24,000 nt of DNA, taken from positions 88,638-112,637 of the forward strand of contig CACXBB010000001.1 of the NCBI GenBank assembly GCA_902765735.1, in the 5' to 3' direction. Below, one piece after another: positions 15,712-22,383 of this stretch. Position 1 is the first letter of the stretch; every line of letters begins with the position of its first letter. The notes beneath the pieces were generated by a model, which was not told the origin of the DNA, ran no database searches, and worked only from the letters and a program-made list of their open reading frames with translations. The DNA is from an uncultured Eubacteriales bacterium (GTDB lineage Bacteria > Bacillota > Clostridia > Christensenellales > Aristaeellaceae). The position numbers were made by a program, and so were the translations under genes.

Positions 15712-15775
15712 GGGATATATGTTAAGTTTTGTAATTGTTACGCCTTGTGACAGGTCCTCTCCGAAGGGCTCTATT

Positions 15776-15806
15776 ATAAAATGACCGCCTGCCGGAGCAG
15801 ACGGTC
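15776..15806 (-). terminator. Intrinsic terminator (minus strand)
   Basis: Minus-strand RNA reads GACCGUCUGC-uccg-GCAGGCGGUC followed by AUUUUAUAAU. The single imperfect position is a G-U wobble on the minus-strand transcript but a C-A mismatch on the plus strand, which supports minus-strand function. Confidence 0.65.
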
Positions 15807-15900
15807 TCATTTGTAACGGCGGGCCCGGCGGGTGTGCCTGTCCCCGCATCTCTTTTATGCCTGACGGCGCGTAGAAGCACTGAATCTCTACCTCGGGCCC
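15776..15900 (-). ncRNA. Candidate ~125-nt structured RNA (leader/attenuator of pta-ackA or promoter-in-CDS 3'UTR-type sRNA)
   Basis: It is bounded by the embedded promoter (15907-15935) and the terminator (15776-15806). The 5' CGGGCCCG pairs with the CGGGCCCG about 70 nt downstream. Internal helices are GUAGA/UCUAC, GCAU/AUGC and GCGGG/CCCGC. I could not assign it to a family by eye. Confidence 0.3.
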
Positions 15901-15906
15901 GATTTC

Positions 15907-15935
15907 ATTATATCACAAATGCGGTGCTTTGTAAA
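15907..15935 (-). promoter_or_regulatory. Near-consensus extended -10 sigma-A promoter embedded in the 3' end of the upstream ORF
   Basis: Reverse strand reads TTTACA (15935-15930), a 17-nt spacer ending TGa, then TATAAT (15912-15907). The TGATATAAT overlaps the TGA stop (15915-15913) of the 126-aa ORF. Confidence 0.5.
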
Positions 15936-16293
15936 CCGCCTTTACCTTCCGCATCAGCCGACGCAGCCGCTTTGCGCTCATCGGATACAGCGTGATCACC
16001 GAGCTGAACAGACCCGCCGGATGATCCTCGAGGGCGAGCCTGACGACGACGTTCAGGTTGGTCTTGCCCGATTCCCGGATAAATACCGCCGTGTTGACGT
16101 TTTTTCGGTCGTCGAACACATAATCCGGCTGTTCGATCGTCGCCGTGATCTCATCCCGGAACACCTCGTAAACGCCGGGGTGCCTTTCGTTGATGTGTGC
16201 GATGCGCTCCTCGGAGAGCACGACCGATCTGCAAATACCGCCGCCCCAGGCGGCTATGACCGATTCGTTTTGAATGGTGGCAATTATCCTCAC
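15913..16293 (-). CDS. Small orphan protein resembling phage-type Barnase/EndoU/ColicinE5-RelE-like (PBECR-type) nuclease/toxin domains
   Basis: A 126-aa ORF with a GTG start after GGTGA. The pattern VVLSEERIAHINERHPGVYEVFRDEITATIEQPDYVFDDRKNVNTAVFIRE...NLNVVVRLAL...SVITLYPMSAKRLRRL resembles the HIxxRH plus PDYV plus beta-sheet layout I associate with PBECR families. No adjacent partner ORF was found, and the flanks are AT-rich. Confidence 0.45.
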   Translation of the reverse strand: MRIIATIQNESVIAAWGGGICRSVVLSEERIAHINERHPGVYEVFRDEITATIEQPDYVFDDRKNVNTAVFIRESGKTNLNVVVRLALEDHPAGLFSSVITLYPMSAKRLRRLMRKVKAVYKAPHL

Positions 16294-16444
16294 GTCATCA
16301 CCGGCTGCTTTTTTCGTTTAAACCATTATACCAGCAATTACGGCGGCTGACAATAAGCATGAGCAATACAAACCGCCAAAAACAAAATGTATTTAACGCA
16401 AACTGCCTATGAAGGCCATGTGATTTTGACTATAATATGACGCA

Positions 16445-17092
<648 letters not shown>

Positions 17093-17174
17093 GCTGATTC
17101 CGGACCTTTTGAGGGGGCCGAAATCATAGATGGGCGGGCGACCGTCCGAACCGATGAAGGGTGGTTGAAATACT

Positions 17175-18536
17175 ATGACTGAAAACGGGATCCGCGACGC
17201 GCGGGCACTGGGCGCGCCGAAGATGGTGCTGCTGGGCTTCCAGCACATGTTCGCGATGTTCGGCGCCACGGTTCTGGTGCCGGTGCTGACGGGCCTGCCG
17301 GTGGCGACCACGCTGCTGTTCGCCGGGTTGGGCACGCTGCTGTTCCACTTCCTGACCAAGGGCGACGTGCCCGCGTTCCTGGGCAGCTCGTTTGCGTTCC
17401 TGGGCGGCTACGCCAGCGTGGCGGCGCTGTTCAGCAACACCGAGGCGATCAACTGGATTCCCTACGCTGGTGTGGGCGTGGCCTGCGCGGGCATCATGTA
17501 CGCCATACTCTCGGCGCTGTTCAAGTCCTTCGGCGCGGCGCGGGTCATGCGGTTCTTCCCGCCCATCGTCACCGGCCCGGTCATCATCTGCATCGGCCTG
17601 TGCCTGGCGAACTCCGCCATCAACAACTGCGTCACCAACTGGTGGATCGCCATACTGGCCATCGTGATCGTGGTGGTGTGCAACATCTGGGGCAAGGGCA
17701 TGATCAAGATCATCCCCATACTGCTGGGCGTGCTGGGCAGCTACATCGTGGCCGCCATCTTCGGCCAGGTGGACTTCTCCGGCGTGGCCACCGCCAAGTG
17801 GATCGGCTTCCCGATCGACTTCAACAACACCGTGTTCAGCCTGTTCAAGGGCTGTGACGGCGGCAAGCTGGTGAGCGCCATCGTCATCATGGTGCCCATC
17901 GCCATCGCCACCATGATCGAGCACATCGGGGACGTGTGCGCCATCTCCTCCACCGTGGGCAAGAACTTCGTGGCGAACCCCGGCCTGCACCGCACCCTGC
18001 TGGGCGACGGCATGGCCACCGCGCTGGCGGCACTGTTCGGCGCGCCGGCCAACACCACCTACGGCGAGAACACCGGCGTGCTGGCGCTGACCAAGGTGTA
18101 CGACCCCGCCGTCATCCGCATTGCCGCCGTGCTGGCGATGCTGTTCTCCTTCTGCCCCAAGTTCGCGGCGCTGGTGTCCGCCATGCCCGCGGCCACCATC
18201 GGCGGCGTCAGCCTGATACTGTACGGCATGATCTCCGCCGTCGGCGTGCGCAATGTGGTTGAGAACCAGGTGGACTTCACCAACAGCCGCAACATCATCA
18301 TCGCCGCGCTGATCCTGGGCCTGAGCCTCGGCATCAACTTCTCCGCCGCCGGCGCCATCGCCCTGGGCCCCGTCAGCCTGTCCGGCCTGGCCGTGGGCGC
18401 GCTGGTGGGCATACTGCTCAACGCCATACTGCCCGGCAATGACTACGAGTTCGGCAAGGACTTGCTGGGCGATACCTCCGTCAACTTCCAGCAGGGCGTC
18501 GATCGTCCCACTGCGAAGGGGAAGAAGAGGAAGTGA
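17175..18536 (+). CDS. pyrP: Uracil permease (NCS2/uracil-xanthine permease family)
   Basis: A polytopic membrane protein with GFQHMFAMFGATVLVP and NCS2-type motifs (TTYGENTGVLALT). It sits immediately downstream of pyrR, as in Firmicutes pyr operons. Confidence 0.92.
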   Translation: MTENGIRDARALGAPKMVLLGFQHMFAMFGATVLVPVLTGLPVATTLLFAGLGTLLFHFLTKGDVPAFLGSSFAFLGGYASVAALFSNTEAINWIPYAGVGVACAGIMYAILSALFKSFGAARVMRFFPPIVTGPVIICIGLCLANSAINNCVTNWWIAILAIVIVVVCNIWGKGMIKIIPILLGVLGSYIVAAIFGQVDFSGVATAKWIGFPIDFNNTVFSLFKGCDGGKLVSAIVIMVPIAIATMIEHIGDVCAISSTVGKNFVANPGLHRTLLGDGMATALAALFGAPANTTYGENTGVLALTKVYDPAVIRIAAVLAMLFSFCPKFAALVSAMPAATIGGVSLILYGMISAVGVRNVVENQVDFTNSRNIIIAALILGLSLGINFSAAGAIALGPVSLSGLAVGALVGILLNAILPGNDYEFGKDLLGDTSVNFQQGVDRPTAKGKKRK

Positions 18537-18575
18537 GGGAGTAGGGAGCAGGGAGTAGGGAGTAGGGAGTAGGGG
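18537..18575 (+). repeat. 7-bp tandem array GGGAGTA/GGGAGCA x5 plus a terminal GGGG
   Basis: Units at 18537, 18544 (GGGAGCA), 18551, 18558 and 18565 are followed by GGGG. The array starts on the nucleotide after the pyrP TGA stop. The G-rich strand is the pyrP sense strand. Confidence 0.95.
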
Positions 18576-18717
18576 TTACGACCTCTTCCGTCTTAATGCC
18601 TGCGGCATTAATCCACCTTCCCCTGAGAGGGGAAGGCTTTTGGGGGCGTGACCTTTGCCTTCCCCTTCAGGGGAAGGTGGATTGCGCGAAGCGCAAGACG
18701 GAAGAGGTCGTCCCCCC
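18572..18717. repeat. Inverted pair of the modular repeat unit (long quasi-palindrome)
   Basis: Left copy, reverse orientation: ACGACCTCTTCCGTCT-TAATGCCtgcGGCATTA-ATCCACCTTCCCCTGAGAGGGGAAGGCTTTTGG. Right copy, forward orientation: GCCTTCCCCTTCAGGGGAAGGTGG-ATTGCGCgaaGCGCAA-GACGGAAGAGGTCGTCCCCCC. Confidence 0.9.
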
Positions 18718-18740
18718 ATTTGCGGCGGACGCGGCAGCAG

Positions 18741-18774
18741 CTATTCCTGTTCCCTGTTCCCTGTCCCCTCCCCA
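18741..18774 (-). repeat. Heptamer array in reverse orientation (minus strand: GGGGA-GGGGACA-GGGAACA-GGGAACA-GGAATAG)
   Basis: The plus strand reads CTATTCCTGTTCCCTGTTCCCTGTCCCCTCCCC. It is the reverse complement of the same GGGAACA...GGAATAG motif seen at 12326-12346. The G-rich strand is the pckA sense strand. Confidence 0.85.
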
Positions 18775-18777
18775 AAC

Positions 18778-18813
18778 AAATACCCCCGCCCGATTGCTCG
18801 GGCGGGGGTATTT
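18778..18813 (-). terminator. Intrinsic terminator of pckA (structurally bidirectional)
   Basis: AAATACCCCCGCCCG-attgct-CGGGCGGGGGTATTT forms a perfect 15-bp stem with U-rich sequence after it on both strands. It lies 15 nt after the pckA stop. Confidence 0.85.
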
Positions 18814-18827
18814 TACGTCGGTTCGGA

Positions 18828-20441
18828 TTACAGCTGCGGGCCGGCGGCGACGAGGGCCTTGCCGGCTTCGTTGGACTCGTACTTGACGAAGTTCTTGATG
18901 AAGCGGCCGGCGAGATCGCGGGCCTTGGCGTCCCACTCGGTGGGGTCCTTGTAGGTGTCGCGGGGATCGAGGATGCCGCTGTCAACGCCCTCGAGCTCGG
19001 TGGGCACTTCGAAGTTGAAGTACGGGATCTTCTTGGTGGGCGCCTTGAGGATCGCGCCGCCCAGGATGGCGTCGATGATGCCGCGGGTATCCTTGATGGA
19101 GATGCGCTTGCCGGTGCCGTTCCAGCCGGTGTTGACCAGGTAGGCTTTCGCGCCGGACATCTCCATGCGCTTCACGAGCTCCTCGCCGTACTTGGTGGGA
19201 TGCAGCTCCAGGAAGGCCTGGCCGAAGCAGGCGGAGAAGGTGGGGGTGGGCTCGGTGATGCCGCGCTCGGTGCCGGCCAGCTTGGCGGTGAAGCCGGACA
19301 GGAAGTAGTACTTGGTCTGCTCAGGGGTCAGGATGCTGACCGGGGGCAGCACGCCGAAGGCGTCCGCGGACAGGAAGATGACGTTCTGCGCGGCGGGGCC
19401 GGAGGAGATGGGCCGCACGTTCTTGACGATCTTCTCGATGTGCTCGATCGGATAGCTGACGCGGGTGTTCTCGGTGACGGACTTGTCGGCGAAGTCGATC
19501 TTGCCGTCCTTGTCCACGGTCACGTTCTCCAGCAGGGCGTTGCGCTTGATGGCGTTGTAGATGTCGGGCTCGGACTCCTTGTCCAGGTTGATGACCTTCG
19601 CGTAGCAGCCACCCTCGAAGTTGAACACGCCGTTGTCGTCCCAGCCGTGCTCGTCGTCGCCGATCAGCAATCTCTTGGGGTCGGTGGACAGGGTGGTCTT
19701 GCCGGTGCCGGAGAGGCCGAAGAAGATGGCGGTGTTCTCGCCGTTCATGTCGGTGTTGGCGGAGCAGTGCATGGCGGCAATGCCCTTGAGCGGCAGGTAG
19801 TAGTTCATCATGGAGAACATGCCCTTCTTCATCTCGCCGCCGTACCAGGTGTTGATGATGCACTGTTCGCGGCTGGTGACGTTGAAGGCCACCACGGTGT
19901 CGGACCTGAGGCCCAGTTCCTTGTAGTTTTCGCACTTGGCCTTGGAGGCGACGTAGGACACGAAGTCGGGCTTGAAGTTTTCAAGCTCCTCGGCGGTGGG
20001 CTTGATGAACATGTTCATCACGAAGTGGGCCTGCCAGGCGACCTCCATCACGAAGCGGATGGCCATGCGGGTGTCCTTGTTCGCGCCGCAGAACACGTCG
20101 CAGACGTAGAGCTTCTTGCCGGACAACTCGTCCTTGGCCAGCTTCTTGATCTCCTTCCAGACCTCCTCGGTCATCGGATGGTTGTCGTTCGGATAGCCCT
20201 CGGTGGTCCACCACACGGTGTCCTTGGAGTTCTCGTCCATGACGATGTACTTGTCCTTGGGGGAGCGGCCGGTGTAAATGCCGGTCATCACGTTCACGGC
20301 GCCCAGCTCGGTCAGCATGCCCTTGTCATAGCCGGTCAGGCTGGGGTCCATCTCATCCTTGAACAGGGTTTCGTAGGAAGGGTTGTGGATGATCTCGGTC
20401 ACGCCGGTAATGCCGTATTTGGTCAGATCGATATTCGCCAT
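18828..20441 (-). CDS. pckA: Phosphoenolpyruvate carboxykinase (ATP)
   Basis: A 537-aa product. [11 protein letters not shown]...[11 protein letters not shown]...[13 protein letters not shown]...LIGDDEHGW... are ATP-PEPCK signature motifs. RBS AAGGAGAAAGAGG is present. Confidence 0.97.
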   Translation of the reverse strand: MANIDLTKYGITGVTEIIHNPSYETLFKDEMDPSLTGYDKGMLTELGAVNVMTGIYTGRSPKDKYIVMDENSKDTVWWTTEGYPNDNHPMTEEVWKEIKKLAKDELSGKKLYVCDVFCGANKDTRMAIRFVMEVAWQAHFVMNMFIKPTAEELENFKPDFVSYVASKAKCENYKELGLRSDTVVAFNVTSREQCIINTWYGGEMKKGMFSMMNYYLPLKGIAAMHCSANTDMNGENTAIFFGLSGTGKTTLSTDPKRLLIGDDEHGWDDNGVFNFEGGCYAKVINLDKESEPDIYNAIKRNALLENVTVDKDGKIDFADKSVTENTRVSYPIEHIEKIVKNVRPISSGPAAQNVIFLSADAFGVLPPVSILTPEQTKYYFLSGFTAKLAGTERGITEPTPTFSACFGQAFLELHPTKYGEELVKRMEMSGAKAYLVNTGWNGTGKRISIKDTRGIIDAILGGAILKAPTKKIPYFNFEVPTELEGVDSGILDPRDTYKDPTEWDAKARDLAGRFIKNFVKYESNEAGKALVAAGPQL

Positions 20442-20478
20442 AGTGCATCAAACCTCTTTCTCCTTGTAGTTTGATATA

Positions 20479-20507
20479 AGTATAGCACAGCCCCGTAAAG
20501 GCGTCAA
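20479..20507 (-). promoter_or_regulatory. Putative sigma-A promoter for pckA
   Basis: Reverse strand reads TTGACG (20507-20502), a 17-nt spacer, then TATACT (20484-20479). Confidence 0.55.
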
Positions 20508-20569
20508 TCATGCTTTTGTTGCGTGCGCATAATCTTAAAATAAGACACAATCGCGCCACGCGGGGCGTA

Positions 20570-20598
20570 TTGATTTATTGTGAAAATTGTGTTATATT
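20570..20598 (+). promoter_or_regulatory. Putative sigma-A promoter (extended -10) for the HEPN-like/CBS - SAS operon
   Basis: TTGATT (20570-20575), a 17-nt spacer ending TGt, then TATATT (20593-20598). A short inverted repeat GTGAA-N15-TTCAC (20580-20604) spans the -10 and could be an operator, though the evidence is weak. Confidence 0.55.
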
Positions 20599-20620
20599 AT
20601 TCACGAAGAGGTGATCAGCA

Positions 20621-21376
20621 TTGGATCAGGAGGAACAGAAGCGCGCGGAGGCCTTTTTGACGCTGTACCGCATGTTTGAGGGCCTGCTGGAGAAGCGCTA
20701 TGCCGACCGCGTCATGACCACGGGCAGCGTGGTGAAGGAATACCTGAAGGACCCGGACAGCGCGCCGATGCGCACGGAGATCGACCTGTGCCGGGAGATA
20801 CGCAATATACTGTCGCACAACACCGAGTCCGACGGCGAGGCGGTGGTGGAGCCCTCCGAGGGCGTGCTTAATCGCATGCGGCAGATCATCGAATACGTCA
20901 AGCGTCCGGTGATGGCCGTCAACTACGGCACCCCCGCGGACCGGATACTGTTCGCCCATCCCAACGACCTGGCCTTGAACGTCATGCGGCACATGCTGAA
21001 GATGGGCTACTCCCACGTGCCCGTGGCGGACAAAAGCGGGCTCATCGGCGTGTTCAGCTCCGGAAGCCTCATGGTGTTCGCGGCGAAGAAGGGGCTAAGC
21101 CAGGTCCGGGACGAGCTGCGCGTGGGGGACATGCGCGACGCCATCGACTTCGGCGACGAGCGCAGCGAGCGGTTCATGTTTTTGAGATCGGACGCCACGC
21201 TGCTCAACGTGCGGGACGCCTTTGACAAGCGCCGGGAGCGCAACCACCGGCTGGCGGTGGTGTTTCTGACCGACGACGGCACCCGGCACACCCCGGTCCG
21301 GGCCATGCTGACGGCCTGGGACGTACTGCGGGACGACATCCCGATGATTGGAGATCAGAATCATGGAAAACAATAG
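20621..21376 (+). CDS. CBS-pair protein with an N-terminal helical domain carrying an R-x4-H (HEPN-like, Swt1/DUF4145-type) motif
   Basis: TTG start at 20621 lies 6 nt after GAGGTGA. N-terminal residues ~1-95 end in DLCREIRNILSHN (RNILSH at nt 20801-20818). Two CBS repeats follow: ...ALNVMRHMLKMGYSHVPVADKSGLIGVFSSGSL... and ...LLNVRDAFDKRRERNHRLAVVFLTDDGTRHTPVRAMLTAWDVL. Confidence 0.8.
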   Translation: MDQEEQKRAEAFLTLYRMFEGLLEKRYADRVMTTGSVVKEYLKDPDSAPMRTEIDLCREIRNILSHNTESDGEAVVEPSEGVLNRMRQIIEYVKRPVMAVNYGTPADRILFAHPNDLALNVMRHMLKMGYSHVPVADKSGLIGVFSSGSLMVFAAKKGLSQVRDELRVGDMRDAIDFGDERSERFMFLRSDATLLNVRDAFDKRRERNHRLAVVFLTDDGTRHTPVRAMLTAWDVLRDDIPMIGDQNHGKQ

Positions 21377-21389
21377 ACCGGAGAGACAG

Positions 21390-22100
21390 ATGATCAAGAT
21401 CGAGCTTCGGCCCGTCAATATGAATTACAGCCTGGCCATGGAGGAGCTTCGGCGGGAGTACAGCAAGATCGTGGGGGTGTACGAGGCCGCGATCCGTGAG
21501 ATCAACGCCCGGCTCCAGACCCTGGATTCCGAGTTCTCGATCAAGCACCAGCACAACCCCATCCACCACATCGAGACCCGGGTCAAGTCATTGAACAGCA
21601 TCGTCAAGAAGCTGCACGACACGGGCATCCCCATCTCCATGGACAACGCCAAGAAGAACCTGCACGACATCGCCGGCGTGCGGGTGGTGTGCTGCTACGT
21701 GGACGACATCTACCGCATCGCCGACCTGCTGCTCCAGCAGGACGACATATCGCTGATCCTCGAGAAGAATTACATCAAGAATCCCAAGCCCAACGGCTAC
21801 CGAAGCCTCCACATCGTGGTGGACGTGCCGGTGTACATGTCCCAGGGCAAGCTGTTCATCCCCGTGGAGATCCAGATCCGCACTGTCGCCATGGACTTCT
21901 GGGCCACCCTCGAGCACGGCATACGCTATAAGGCCACCGACGAGGTGTCGCAGGGCATTGTCGATCAGCTCCGCGCCTGCGCCGACGTCATCACCGAGAC
22001 CGATTACAAGATGCAGGAGATCTTCCGCGCCCTCCAGATGGTGCACGACAAGGCCGATATCCCGCCGGAGAAGATCGTCGAGGCGGAGAAGAGGGTTTGA
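21390..22100 (+). CDS. Small alarmone synthetase, RelQ/RelP (YjbM/YwaC)-type GTP/GDP pyrophosphokinase
   Basis: RelA/SpoT synthetase motifs are present: LHDIAGVRVVCCYVDDI, NPKPNGYRSLHIVV and VEIQIRTVAMDFWATLEHGIRYK. The single-domain size matches RelQ. The ATG at 21390 is preferred (GGAGAG at 21380-21385). The track start at 21348 would overlap the CBS gene by 29 nt. Confidence 0.88.
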   Translation: MIKIELRPVNMNYSLAMEELRREYSKIVGVYEAAIREINARLQTLDSEFSIKHQHNPIHHIETRVKSLNSIVKKLHDTGIPISMDNAKKNLHDIAGVRVVCCYVDDIYRIADLLLQQDDISLILEKNYIKNPKPNGYRSLHIVVDVPVYMSQGKLFIPVEIQIRTVAMDFWATLEHGIRYKATDEVSQGIVDQLRACADVITETDYKMQEIFRALQMVHDKADIPPEKIVEAEKRV

Positions 22101-22106
22101 TGAGGC

Positions 22107-22145
22107 AACAGGAATAGCCGTAGGGACGCCATTCATGGCGTCCGC
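22107..22145. repeat. Repeat fragment: degenerate heptamer (GGCAACA-GGAATAG) plus hairpin module A
   Basis: AACAGGAATAGCCG matches 12336-12349. GTAGGGACGCCattcatGGCGTCCGC (22120-22145) is identical to 3537-3562. Confidence 0.85.
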
Positions 22146-22161
22146 AAATACCGTGACCTCC

Positions 22162-22188
22162 GCAGGGGTGCCGCGTCGGCGCCCCTGC
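22162..22188 (+). terminator. Probable terminator hairpin after the SAS gene
   Basis: GCAGGGGTGCC-gcgtc-GGCGCCCCTGC followed by GCATGTTTTACG. The U-tract is weak or interrupted. Confidence 0.4.
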
Positions 22189-22247
22189 GCATGTTTTACG
22201 ATGGCCCCTTTTTTCGACGTTTTAACGCAATCAATGTTCAAGCGGGA

Positions 22248-22277
22248 TTGACAGGTTTATTCCCGGAATACTACAAT
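22248..22277 (+). promoter_or_regulatory. Putative sigma-A promoter for prfC
   Basis: TTGACA (22248-22253), an 18-nt spacer, then TACAAT (22272-22277). Confidence 0.5.
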
Positions 22278-22383
22278 ATAGGCTATGATATTGTGCATTC
22301 GGGGAGCGTTTGAAATGTCCAGGCCGATCTGACGAATCCGGGCGTGATACGGGATACCCAGCAAATCATTGGAGGAAGGCATC

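Noticed and set aside
13944-15725. 593-aa plus-strand ORF opposite ackA and pta, plus similar long antisense ORFs at 18648-20474 (opposite pckA), 4418-5710 and 5874-7022 (opposite pheS/pheT), 16499-17359 and 17124-17990 (opposite pyrR/pyrP), 8416-9015 and 9058-9825 (opposite the FAD gene), and 10505-11284 and 11483-12565 (opposite the synthetase)
   Set aside because: All lie opposite genes with unambiguous conserved motifs. Their products are Gly/Ala/Asp/His/Val/Arg-rich low-complexity strings, and none has a convincing RBS. These are stop-codon-poor antisense frames of high-GC coding DNA.
15730-15743. Possible CcpA cre site (TGTAATTGTTACGC) in the pta leader
   Set aside because: It misses the central CG and the 3' half of the cre consensus (about four mismatches in the conserved positions), so it is not supportable.
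15783-15806. Resemblance of GACCGUCUG in the terminator arm to the 3' conserved segment of ZTP (pfl) riboswitches
   Set aside because: Only about 9 nt match. The following GGGC and the conserved 5' sub-domain sequences of the ZTP class are absent, so this is likely coincidence.
15679-15849. 56-codon minus-strand ORF (MRGQAHPPGPPLQMRPS...) inside the candidate structured RNA / pta leader
   Set aside because: It has a weak RBS, reads through the intrinsic terminator and the downstream promoter, and its composition is implausible. The region is better explained as non-coding.
17093-17174. A second PyrR attenuator between pyrR and pyrP (CCTTTTGAGGGGGCCGAAA vaguely resembles the binding loop)
   Set aside because: It matches the binding-loop pattern only partially. 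I could find no terminator hairpin with a U-tract before the pyrP start. Support is insufficient.
20621-21376. CcpN-like repressor of pckA (B. subtilis CcpN is an HTH + CBS-pair repressor of pckA, and this gene is divergent from pckA)
   Set aside because: The N-terminal ~95 aa show no helix-turn-helix pattern and instead carry an RNxxxH motif. The divergent arrangement is noted, but orthology to CcpN is not supported. It remains an alternative worth testing.
21348-21389. Upstream ATG starts (21348, 21363) for the SAS gene
   Set aside because: Neither has an RBS, and both overlap the end of the CBS gene. The ATG at 21390 has GGAGAG at suitable spacing, though the true start needs experimental confirmation.
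21390-22100. Calling the SAS a toxSAS toxin outright
   Set aside because: By eye it aligns along its whole length with housekeeping RelQ/RelP-type enzymes, and I cannot assign a subfamily without phylogeny. It is kept as a hypothesis only.
22369-22383. TTG start for prfC given by the ORF track
   Set aside because: That TTG lies inside the GGAGGA RBS, which serves the ATG at 22384. The ATG gives the canonical RF3 N-terminus.
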